The notes under the pieces are model-generated. The model made no database searches, had not been told where the DNA came from, and saw nothing but the letters and a program-made list of their open reading frames with translations. Of a DNA stretch of 64,000 nucleotides, positions 20,298 to 30,900 are shown piece after piece; the stretch's first letter is position 1, and each line of letters begins with the position of its first letter. The DNA is taken from the IMG/VR virus record IMGVR_UViG_3300042567_001420, one strand, 5' to 3'. Position numbers and translations under genes: made by a program. The DNA is from a virus (Duplodnaviria; Caudoviricetes).

Positions 20298-23200
20298 TCA
20301 CAATCCTGCTAATAAGAACGGATTAAACGTCTGTGTTGTTATTGCCTCATTACCGAAGAATTTAACTTCAATTGTAGAGTTTGGTGATGGAGTGGGAATC
20401 AATGTTAATATTGTTCCTGATACTGTGTAGTCCGTAGTAGGAATCTGAACCAATCCGTCTATGGTAACAATGATACGTCTTGCTAACGATACAGAAGTGC
20501 CCAATGTTATATTTGCATTACCACCTGCGAATGTTTGACTATCTGTAATAGCATGTACGCCACCGCTGATTAAACCATTGGCTGCAAGAGTTATACCTTC
20601 ACCTGCGGTCAACGCAGATACCACACGGGCATTTGTGAAATATAAGTTACTACCAACTTCTGCAACATTGGCAGTTGTCAGCCCAACAATAGCTGTTGCG
20701 AATACTGTTGCACTTACGTTGGCTGAAATTCTACCGTTCGCTTCAATTGTAATATTGTTTCCAGCCAATGTTGGTAACAATGCAATAACATTAGAGTAAA
20801 CTCTGGTGTTTGTGTAATATAAATTATTTGTGCCTTCAGTAATACCATTTGTATTACCTGTAAATGATGATGCACCTACACCCGTTAAAGATGAACCATC
20901 ACCAAAGAATTTTGTTGCAGTTACATTGCCAGTTGCTACAATATTGCTTGAATTTAAATTAATATTGGCCGCAGTTATGCTAACATTGCTTGCTGCATTG
21001 ATATTAAAATTACTGGTAGACGTTATCGAACCTGTACCTGTAGCAGTTGATATGAATGTATTAGAATATACGTTGCCCGTTAATATAATATTTCCACCAG
21101 AAACAATATTAAAGTCACCGGTTGCCGTTAATGTACCTGTACCGGTTGCTGCAGCAATAAAGCTATTGGCAATAACGTTGCCTGCATTAATGTTACCGGT
21201 ATATGTTGTTAGGAATGCACCTACATTTGCGTTACCATATGTGCTAATTACTGGATTGGCCGCAAGATACGCAATAACATTAGATACCACGCGAGCATTT
21301 GAGTAATATAAATTGCCGCCAAATTCATTTACGTTGGCTGTGTTTAAGCCTGTAACCGAACTTGCGTTCAATGTCGTTGTAGATGAAATCTGACCATTTC
21401 CGCTGATTGATATACCAGAACCTGCGGACAATGCAGAAACAACTCTTGCATTTGTAAAATATAAATTACCGCTTGTTTCAATAACATTAGCAGTATATAA
21501 ACCAACCCAGTTTACAGCTGTAATGGTATTTGTGCTAATTAGGTTAGCCTCCGTAATAGAGCCACCTGTTCCGCCACCTACAATAGTGTTCGCAAAAATA
21601 ACGCTAGCAGAAATATTATTTGCGCTAATTAAATTAGCACCCGTAATAGAACCGCCTAAGCCTTGGCCTGCAATAATCGCATTAGCATTAATATTGCCCG
21701 CATTAATATTGCCGGTATACGTTGTTAGGAATGCACCTACATTGGCATTACCAAATGTTCCGCCCTGTGGATTTGCTGCAAGATATGCCGTAACATTTGA
21801 TAATACTCTGGCATTTGTGTAATATAAATTACTATTTGATTCGGATACGTTAGCAGTGGTCAAGCCAACAATGGATAAAACATTTACTGTTGCACTAGCT
21901 GTAGCAGAAATTCTACCATTTGCGGCAATTGTAATATTATCGCCGGCCAAGGATGGTAAGAATCCTATAACATTTGATTGAACTCTTGCATTTGTAAAAT
22001 ATAAATTACCACTTGTTTCAATTACGTTGGCTGTGTATAAACCAATCCAATTTACTGAAGAAATGTTATTTGTGCTGATCAAATTAGCACCAGTAACAGA
22101 ACCTCCAGAGCCACCACCAATAATGGTGTTTGCAGTAATAACACTTGCAGAAATATTATTTGCGCTAATTAAATTAGCACCAGTAATAGAACCACCTAAA
22201 CCAGTTCCCGAAATAATCGCATTAGCAATTACATTGCCTGCACTAATGTTACCAGTATATGTTGTTAGGAAAGCCCCAACATTGGCATTGCCATAAGTAC
22301 TAATTACCGGATTTGCTGCAAGGTAAGCGGTAACATTTGACAATACTCTGGCATTTGAATAATATAAATTGCCACCAAATTCATTTACGTTGGCTGTGTT
22401 TAAGCCTGTAACAGAACTTGCGTTTACTGTTGCTGTAGATGATATTTGGCCGTTTGCAGATAATGAAATACCTGAGCCTGCGGACAATGCAGAAACAACT
22501 CTGGCATTTGTAAAATATAAATTACCACTGGTTTCAATAACATTCGCAGTATATAAATTGTGCCATGTTGTTGATGAAATTCTTCCCGCAGTAACATTTC
22601 CAGTTGTTACGATATTGTTTGAATTTAAATTAATGTTACTTGCTGTTATATTAACATTGCCGGCAGCATTAATATTAAAGTCGGATGTTGATGCAATTGA
22701 TCCAGAGCCTGTTGCGGTAGATATAAATGTATTGGCAAAAACATTACCTGTTAATCTAATGTTGCCGCCGGAAACAATATTAAAATCGCCAGTGGCGTTT
22801 AATGTACCTGTACCTGGTGCAGTAGATATAAAACTATTTGCAATTACATTACCAGCACTAATATTACCGGTATACGTTGTTAGGAAAGCGCTCACATTAG
22901 CTGTGCCAAATGTGCCAACTTGCGGATTTGCTTCAAGATATGCAGTAACATTCGATAACACACGAGCATTTGTATAATATAAATTGCTATTTGATTCTGA
23001 TACGTTAGCTGTGTTCAAACCTACAACTGAACTTGCGTTTACTGTTGTTGTGGATGAAATTTGTCCGTTACCGCTAATTGCAATACCGGAACCAGCTGAC
23101 AATGCAGAAACAACTCTGGCATTTGTAAAATACAAATTACCACTGGTTTCAATTACATTTGCTGTGTATAGTCCAAGCCAATTTACAGATGAAATATTAT

Positions 23201-25046
23201 TTGTACTAATTAGGTTAGCACCTGTAAACGAACCGCCTGTTCCTGAACCAGTAATAATTGTGTTAGCAATTACATTACCAGCACTAATGTTACCTGTATA
23301 TGCAGATAACAGTGCAATAACATTAGCATATACTCTTGCGTTTGTATAATATAAATTGCCTGCAACTTCTGTTACGTTTGCAGTAGATAAATTGTTAACA
23401 GTTGTTTCAATTGTTGCTGTTACATTTGCCGTTGCACGAATCGTACCTGTAGCCGGGTCATAGATAATTGTAGAGTCGCCAGCGCTTAATGCCGCTCTTG
23501 CAAGAGCATTACTAAAATACTTGTTAGTGCCTTCGGTTAAATTACTTGTGGTGAAGTTGCTTAATGTTGATACTGTACCTTGTACATTACCAAATAATGT
23601 GGTAGCCGATAAATTTGCCAATCTAAATGACGCGTGCGCAGTATTGATAAAGATGTTTGCATCGGGTGCAGGATCGTAGTTATCAAATACTTTAAATGTT
23701 CCGTCGGTTGCATCTCTAAAGAAACCGGCATTATGATATACGCCATCGTTATAGTTAAATGCAATACCTAGATCCGGATTTGCAGATGGTGAACCATTGT
23801 TCAAATAAATCATATTGTCCGATATGGACAAATTATTTGAGCTGTGAGTTGTTACATTACCGTAAAAATTTACAGGCCCGGTAACATTTAATCCACCAAA
23901 TGTAACATTTGAAGATGTGGATACATTTTGACCAATTGAAATACCGCCGGTTGTGTTATCATATGATACGCCAGTATCGCCAGATAATGCAGATCTTACA
24001 CGAGAATTTGTATAATAAAGATTGTTTAGTTCTGTAACATTGGCAGTTGTAATATTTGCTGTTAAAGGACCGTTAATAACAACGCCATCACTACCGCTTA
24101 AAGTAACAATGCCGATCGCAGATACTGTTACGTTGCCAGTAGATGATATTAATCCTGAGCCTGGACCGGTTGATACAAAATTATTTGCAATTACATTGCC
24201 GCTAACATTCAAATTACCAACAACACTATTAACAGCTACCGCTAATAAATTAGCAGAAATTCTACCATTTGCAGCAATAATAATATTATCGCCGGCTAAT
24301 GTGGGTAACAACGCAATAACATTAGATGCTACTCTTGCATTGGTATAATATAAATTGTTTAATTCTACAACATTTGCAGTAGTAAGGTCCGTAACATTTG
24401 CTTTAAGATTTAATAGCGGAGTAACATTAGATACTACTCTTGCATTGGTGTAATATAAATTGTTTAATTCTACAACATTTGCGGTTGTTAAATCTGTAAC
24501 ATTTGCTTTAAGATTTAATAGCGGAGTAACATTCGCCAATACTCTTGCATTGGTAAAGTATAAATTTGTACCTTCTGCTAAATCAGCAGTTGTAAAATTA
24601 CTTAATGTTAAAACAGTATTTGCAACATTAGCAGTTAATGCAATATTTGCAAAATTAGCATTTGCAGCAAAAAATGCAGTATTAGCAACAAGCGAACTTT
24701 GAACTATTCCCAATATGGTATTGGCTACATTCGATAATTCGGTGGACGAAACAGTAATTATATTAGGAACCCAATTTGTTCCGTCCCATATTAAACCATA
24801 TCCAAGACCAGGGGCAAGCGTTACAGTATCTACATCTGCTAACGCATTAATACTTATTGCTGATAAATTTGCCGTAGGTAAAATCCAAGCTCGGTTACCA
24901 TCTACATTCGCAGTTAATACATAACCATTGGCAGCAGGCAAGCCTAAGTCTGGTTCAGTTTCCTCTAGACGTATAAATTCATAACGACTAGCGCTTACAT
25001 TGGCGCTAGGTGTCTTTTTTACTCTACCCGATATTAGTTTAGTCAT
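20298..25046 (-). CDS. Giant tail-fibre-like repeat protein (1582 aa)
   Basis: LYYTNARV repeats; DNMIYLN..NPDLG...HNAGFFRDATD domain; C-terminal VTIDGLVQIPTTDY Ig-like virion domain. Confidence 0.8.
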   Translation of the reverse strand: MTKLISGRVKKTPSANVSASRYEFIRLEETEPDLGLPAANGYVLTANVDGNRAWILPTANLSAISINALADVDTVTLAPGLGYGLIWDGTNWVPNIITVSSTELSNVANTILGIVQSSLVANTAFFAANANFANIALTANVANTVLTLSNFTTADLAEGTNLYFTNARVLANVTPLLNLKANVTDLTTANVVELNNLYYTNARVVSNVTPLLNLKANVTDLTTANVVELNNLYYTNARVASNVIALLPTLAGDNIIIAANGRISANLLAVAVNSVVGNLNVSGNVIANNFVSTGPGSGLISSTGNVTVSAIGIVTLSGSDGVVINGPLTANITTANVTELNNLYYTNSRVRSALSGDTGVSYDNTTGGISIGQNVSTSSNVTFGGLNVTGPVNFYGNVTTHSSNNLSISDNMIYLNNGSPSANPDLGIAFNYNDGVYHNAGFFRDATDGTFKVFDNYDPAPDANIFINTAHASFRLANLSATTLFGNVQGTVSTLSNFTTSNLTEGTNKYFSNALARAALSAGDSTIIYDPATGTIRATANVTATIETTVNNLSTANVTEVAGNLYYTNARVYANVIALLSAYTGNISAGNVIANTIITGSGTGGSFTGANLISTNNISSVNWLGLYTANVIETSGNLYFTNARVVSALSAGSGIAISGNGQISSTTTVNASSVVGLNTANVSESNSNLYYTNARVLSNVTAYLEANPQVGTFGTANVSAFLTTYTGNISAGNVIANSFISTAPGTGTLNATGDFNIVSGGNIRLTGNVFANTFISTATGSGSIASTSDFNINAAGNVNITASNINLNSNNIVTTGNVTAGRISSTTWHNLYTANVIETSGNLYFTNARVVSALSAGSGISLSANGQISSTATVNASSVTGLNTANVNEFGGNLYYSNARVLSNVTAYLAANPVISTYGNANVGAFLTTYTGNISAGNVIANAIISGTGLGGSITGANLISANNISASVITANTIIGGGSGGSVTGANLISTNNISSVNWIGLYTANVIETSGNLYFTNARVQSNVIGFLPSLAGDNITIAANGRISATASATVNVLSIVGLTTANVSESNSNLYYTNARVLSNVTAYLAANPQGGTFGNANVGAFLTTYTGNINAGNINANAIIAGQGLGGSITGANLISANNISASVIFANTIVGGGTGGSITEANLISTNTITAVNWVGLYTANVIETSGNLYFTNARVVSALSAGSGISISGNGQISSTTTLNASSVTGLNTANVNEFGGNLYYSNARVVSNVIAYLAANPVISTYGNANVGAFLTTYTGNINAGNVIANSFIAAATGTGTLTATGDFNIVSGGNIILTGNVYSNTFISTATGTGSITSTSNFNINAASNVSITAANINLNSSNIVATGNVTATKFFGDGSSLTGVGASSFTGNTNGITEGTNNLYYTNTRVYSNVIALLPTLAGNNITIEANGRISANVSATVFATAIVGLTTANVAEVGSNLYFTNARVVSALTAGEGITLAANGLISGGVHAITDSQTFAGGNANITLGTSVSLARRIIVTIDGLVQIPTTDYTVSGTILTLIPTPSPNSTIEVKFFGNEAITTQTFNPFLLAGL

Positions 25047-25374
25047 TTGCTGTTTCTAATAAACTCATAACTAATTTTAGTGCGGTGTTTGCACTGGCAA
25101 AAGCTACCACCTTTTGTCCCGTCTCTAATACAAGCTTACCTGTTAAAACACTTGCAGAATCCTTTGTGGGAATCTCAAAATCTTTGGCCAATTCAATTTG
25201 TTGATTTGTTGCCGTACTATGTAATAGAGTAGTTGATACCGTATTATTACTCACATTAGTTACTTGCAAAGATAAGATAATAGATGTTTTTAACGCAGGT
25301 GCGGTATAAATTACATTAGATTGTGTTGTAAGATTTGATGTTATTGTTTTAAATACGTTTAATGCTGTTGCCAT
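25039..25374 (-). CDS. Small virion protein following a fibre gene
   Basis: 111 aa MATALNVFKT...GKLVLETG...SLLETAND, similar size and layout to the other fibre partners. Confidence 0.7.
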   Translation of the reverse strand: MATALNVFKTITSNLTTQSNVIYTAPALKTSIILSLQVTNVSNNTVSTTLLHSTATNQQIELAKDFEIPTKDSASVLTGKLVLETGQKVVAFASANTALKLVMSLLETAND

Positions 25375-25377
25375 TTA

Positions 25378-27924
25378 TTATCCTTCGATTGCTAGTATAT
25401 ACGGTGTCATAACTGCAAACAATGCCTTATTGAATGTTCTACCTGTAATTGTGCCGTCAACTCTATTTATAACCAATCCTGTACCAATTCTAAAATCGCC
25501 AAGCTGGTCGGTACTAGTAAAGTATACTTTTCCTCCGCGCAATTCGGTAACTTCATTTTCCTGTATTGGTACGCCACCTAAAGACGGTAAAGCGGTTGCA
25601 ATACTATTGCCTGCGCCAACATATTCAAATGTGTGTCCGCTTGATGAAATATAACTTCCTTGGTGGAATGAAACTCTTGAATTAGCTAATAAAGACTCAT
25701 TAACTACCTCTAGGAATGTAACTGTACTTGTGTTACCAACTAATTCAGTTGCACCTCTAACGGTATAGAATGTGCCAGATCCATTACTAATATTTGCCCA
25801 ATTTTGATTTACAAATTCCAATACTTCAGCTTTAATAAAATCTCTGTTTGCTAATACTAATTTTGTAGCATTAATTACATTAGTATTTGAACTCGGTGTA
25901 AAGGTAATTGGTACTTTTGTCGGCGCAACATTTGGACCGTTAGTAACAATATTTGCAATCAACCTTACATCTGTTAACAGTATATTTGCTTCTGTACTAG
26001 TTGCAAATGATGCAGCTGTTGTATTTTGTGTTACTGCATTTTGATAAACATTGGCAATTACGTTGCCGGTTACAATTTTTTCAACAAGGTTGCCAATAAA
26101 ATAATAAGCAGCGCCTGTTTGAACAACCTGATTATTAATTTGCGTGTCTGTAGCATCATATTGGTAATAAAAAGTACCAGAATTAACTGATTGTCTATTT
26201 CCACCGTGTCTTAAATCAAAGGTGACACTTTCTAAAATATATCCAACATCTCTAGAACATTTTGTTGTTGCATTTGCACTATCAAGGAATGCAGTGTTTG
26301 CCCAGAAACCTGGGTATGTTGTATCAATGTAACCAATAACTTCTGCGGCAATAAATGATTTATTAGCAATAACTAAATTTGCAGCATTGCTAACATTTAC
26401 GTTTGTATTTGCAGGATACTGATTAGGCACAATAATATCGGTTACACCTACTGTGCCGTTTTGAATTATATTTGTAACAACATTAAAATTATCTTGTAAT
26501 CTTGCAGATTCTACTGCAGTGCCGCCTGTTCCATTTGAAGGTGATACGTTTGCCTGATATACTTGACTAACAGTTGTACCTTGTGCAAATTGAACTGCAA
26601 TTTGCGCTGCAACATTAATTGCATTAATTGTTTCAATAGATTGATTAGGTATCGCCGATGTAGGTTGTGCCCAATACTGAAGACCAGCAAATGTTGCTTG
26701 TGTATTGCTACCATATGCCAAATCAAATGCCAAAGAGTCAACGATTAGACCAGTATCTCTTGAACACTTTTCTTGATTATAACTTGCAAATAAAGCAGAA
26801 TCGCCATAATTTGGTTTAATAGGCAAGTTATAAATTACAACTTCGTTTGTTGCTTCTGTTATAGCATTTGCAACTTTGCCATAATACAATGGTTCGCTAA
26901 CGCCGTCAGCCCATAAACCGTATGTGCCAAATGATGCATTAGAGTTTGTAACAGAACAGAATCCGCCATTTTCACATTTAATAGCAATATTACAACAAAT
27001 TGTAAACACAGATACCAACTGAGTGTATCCTTTGTTTAACATATGGATACCTATACCGCCTTCATTCGTTTGGGTATAAGCATCGCACACCATTGATCTT
27101 AATCCAGAAACATAACGACCATCTACACGCATACCTGTACCGGTAGTTGTAATAGAAGAACAATTCTGTATATATGGACTGGTTACAATAGTACCAGCAG
27201 ATCCATTTGGATTATATGAGAATGCGGCCGCAGGCGATACGTGGTCTCTGAATGTAATACCTGTTACATAAGAAGCATTCTCAACATAGAACATATCAAC
27301 CGATGGTTGCGTTGGTCTAATTGTAGTTGTTCTTAGATTATCCCCTACTAATGCAACACGTCTAGGTATTGTTACTGGTTGATTGTGTAGTCTGTAATCT
27401 CCGCTTCTTAAGAATACGGTTGTCCACTCTGTGGCCGCAGCCAATGCCACGTGGATATTGGCAAATGCGTTACCCGTTGTTTTGCCATCATTTGCATCGT
27501 TACCATTTTGTGCAACGTATAATACGTTAGAATTAAATCTTGAAACTAATGCTCTTAATTCCGCAACAGTTGGTTGAATTGCGGCCTCAACTCTTGCATT
27601 TGTGTAATATAAATTACTTGCAGATTCTTGCACATTAGCAGTTGTTAAATCTGTAACATTTGCTTTTGCGTTTAATAAACTAATTACATTAGCATAAACT
27701 TTTGCATTTGTAAAATATTGATTAGTGCCTTCTGCAAGATTTGATGTTGTTTGATTTGATAAACTGCTTACAGTACCAGTTACATTACCAACAAGTGAAC
27801 CATTGACAGTTAAATTGCCAAAGATACCATTATAGGTTACATTTATATTGTTTGCGGTCAGGTAATCTACGCCATAGACGTTACCTGAAACTCTTAACCC
27901 TGATTTTACTCTAAAATCTTGCAT
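25378..27924 (-). CDS. Tail fibre/spike with beta-helix (pectin-lyase-like) domain
   Basis: VLYVAQNGNDANDG...ALAAA, SPYIQNCSS, QLVSVFTICC; two KCSRDxGxI...DLxxGxN repeats typical of T4-like aquatic phage fibres. Confidence 0.75.
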   Translation of the reverse strand: MQDFRVKSGLRVSGNVYGVDYLTANNINVTYNGIFGNLTVNGSLVGNVTGTVSSLSNQTTSNLAEGTNQYFTNAKVYANVISLLNAKANVTDLTTANVQESASNLYYTNARVEAAIQPTVAELRALVSRFNSNVLYVAQNGNDANDGKTTGNAFANIHVALAAATEWTTVFLRSGDYRLHNQPVTIPRRVALVGDNLRTTTIRPTQPSVDMFYVENASYVTGITFRDHVSPAAAFSYNPNGSAGTIVTSPYIQNCSSITTTGTGMRVDGRYVSGLRSMVCDAYTQTNEGGIGIHMLNKGYTQLVSVFTICCNIAIKCENGGFCSVTNSNASFGTYGLWADGVSEPLYYGKVANAITEATNEVVIYNLPIKPNYGDSALFASYNQEKCSRDTGLIVDSLAFDLAYGSNTQATFAGLQYWAQPTSAIPNQSIETINAINVAAQIAVQFAQGTTVSQVYQANVSPSNGTGGTAVESARLQDNFNVVTNIIQNGTVGVTDIIVPNQYPANTNVNVSNAANLVIANKSFIAAEVIGYIDTTYPGFWANTAFLDSANATTKCSRDVGYILESVTFDLRHGGNRQSVNSGTFYYQYDATDTQINNQVVQTGAAYYFIGNLVEKIVTGNVIANVYQNAVTQNTTAASFATSTEANILLTDVRLIANIVTNGPNVAPTKVPITFTPSSNTNVINATKLVLANRDFIKAEVLEFVNQNWANISNGSGTFYTVRGATELVGNTSTVTFLEVVNESLLANSRVSFHQGSYISSSGHTFEYVGAGNSIATALPSLGGVPIQENEVTELRGGKVYFTSTDQLGDFRIGTGLVINRVDGTITGRTFNKALFAVMTPYILAIEG

Positions 27925-27953
27925 TACTAATCCTGTTGTATGCCATTATTTTT

Positions 27954-30900
27954 TTATTTTTCGGTATATGTAGCGCCTGTCAATTTTACCGTAACTTGTA
28001 TTGCTGGATCTGAAACATTACCATAAATTATAACATTACCAGTATTTATGTCTACCTGGAATGATAATAGATCTAAATTATTATCATTTGACAACATGGC
28101 ATATTGAGTTATAAAACTACTAGTATCATCATGCATTACTAACAATTCACCTGAATTATATTTACCGGTGTATCCCGCACTTGTACCTTTTGCAGTATAC
28201 ACGTATTTTGCAGTTGAATATGTAGAAGTACTAAATCTTGTTATCTCTACATTTCCAGTTGTTGTAATATTTGCAACTATTGCGTTGGATTGCCCAGCAT
28301 TAGCTTTAATGAATTTTGTTCCATCCCATACCAATGTATCATTTGGTTGTATATTTGAAATATCAACATCTGCAAACACATTAATGCTCATTTGTGCTAC
28401 ATTGGATAGTACGCGAGCATTAGAATAATAAAGATTATTTAATTCTACAACATTAGCAGTAGTTAAATCTACTACGTTAGCTTTTAATGCTAAATTCGGT
28501 GCTATTTGTGCGTTAACTCTTGCATTAGTATAGTAAAGATTGTTTAATTCTACAACATTTGCAGTGGTTAAATCTGTAACATTAGCTTTTAATCTTAAAT
28601 TGGATTCAACTTGCGCATTAACTCTTGCATTTGTGTAGTAAAGATAATGAGGTCTTTCAATTATAGTAATTGTACCTACCATTGAACCGTGGAATTGGCA
28701 TATGTAATAATATGTTCCAGGAGCAATACCTGCAGTATCCCAGACTACCGTACCGATTTGCGCGCCATTATTAGTTACACCGGTAGTTACTGCGGATCCT
28801 GTGCCAGTTGTTGCAACAGTCTTTATCCAAAACGGATGCCCTGATGCATTAACATTAAATGTTAAAACAGTCCCAGCTTCAGCTGTAATAGCTATATTAT
28901 TTCCAGAACTGTACCCCGTAAACACATAGGCGCTGGAACCCGAAGCAGTTACACCATATGTTCTGTCTGTTAAAGTAGAAAGACTTTCTATAACATTAGC
29001 AGTTGTTAAATCTGTAACATTAGCTTTTAACACTAAATTAGGTGCTACTTGTGCATTTACTCTTGCATTAGTGTAATATAGATTAGTACCTTCTGCTAAA
29101 TTGCTTGTAGTGAAGTTACTAATTGATAACACAGTATTTGCTACATTAGCAGTACCGGCAACATTAGCTGTACCAGCAACATTTGCAAAATTAGCAACTA
29201 ATGCAACATTAGCGGTTTCGGCAACATTTGCAAAATTAGCGCTGGTTGCTGGTGGAGTTGCCCCCGCAACAAAAGATGTTCCATTCCAAATTAATATACC
29301 AGTGTTTGTAATGCCTGTTATATCAACATCCGCAAACACATTAATGCTCATCTGTGCTACATTGGATAGTACGCGAGCATTAGAATAATATAATGCAGAT
29401 TGTGATTCAATTACATTTGCGCTGTATAACCCTTGCCAATTTGTAGCAGAAATATTATTTGCACTAATTAAATTAGCACCGATAATAGAACCACCTGTAC
29501 CTGAACCAATTGTTACGTTGCCCGCACCAACATTACCAGTATAGCTTGGCAACGATGATATTACATTGGAATAAACTCTTGCATTGGTATAATATAAGTT
29601 GTTACCTTCAACAAGATTACTGGTTGTAAAATTGCTAATTGATAATACTGTATTTGCTACATTAGCAGTTCCTGAAACATTTGCAAAATTAGCAACCAAT
29701 GCTATATTAGATATAGCAGCAACTAATGCTACATTAGCAGTTTCTGAAACATTTGCAAAATTCGCGCTGGTTGCTGGTGGAGTTGCCCCCGCAACAAAAG
29801 CTGTCCCATTCCAAATTAATATGCCAGTGTTTGCAATGCCAGAAATATCAACATCTGCAAATACGTTAATGCTCATTTGCGCTACGTTAGATAATACGCG
29901 AGCATTTGAATAATATAAATTATTGCCTTCTGTTAAATTAGAAGTTGTAAAATTACTTAATGTTAAAACAGTATTTGCAACATTAGCGGTTTCAGCAACA
30001 TTTGCAAAATTAGTTACCAATGCAACATTAGCGGTTCCAGCAACATTTGCAAAATTAGCTTCAGTTGCTGTCGAAGGGGCCCCTGCAACAAAAGATGTTC
30101 CATTCCAAATTAATATGCCATTGTTTCCAATGCCAGAAATATCAACATCTGCAAAAACATTAATACTCATCTGTGCTACATTAGATATAACACGCGCATT
30201 AGTATAATATAAGTTATTTAATTCTACAACATTTGCAGTAGTTAAATCTACTACATTGGCTTTTAAAGCTAAATTAGATTCTACTTGAGCATTAACTCTG
30301 GCATTGGTGTAATATAAATTGTTTAGCTCTACTACATTTGCAGTAGTTAACTTTGGATCAACATGCGAGTCAACTCTTGCATTTGTATAATATAATTGAG
30401 TTCCTTCTACTAAATTAGTAGTACTAAAATTACTAATTGTAGATACAAATCCAGTTACATTACCAACAACATTACCTTCATATGTGGTGGCTACAACATT
30501 TGCTAAACGGAATCCAGCATTTGTAGTATCAACAGTGGCTGCGTTAGGATCGCCCGGAAGGTTATCAAAGAACTTAAATTTCTTATCAGTTGCGTCTCTA
30601 AATATTCCCGCAAGTTTTTGGGTACCATCGTTATAATGTCCAATTAATCCCAGATCAATAGAATCTGAAGGATTGCCGTAACCCAATTGAATTAATGGAT
30701 CAGTTATAATTAATGTATTTGCATAAAATCCAACTACATTTCCAACAACATTTAAGTTGCCGGTCAACGTCATATTATTGAATGTTACGTTAGATATTGT
30801 ATCTACATTTTGGCCGATGCTTATAACGCCGGTTGTATTATCGTAATAAACACCAGTCCCATTTGATAATGTTGATCTTACACGGGCATTGGTATAATAT

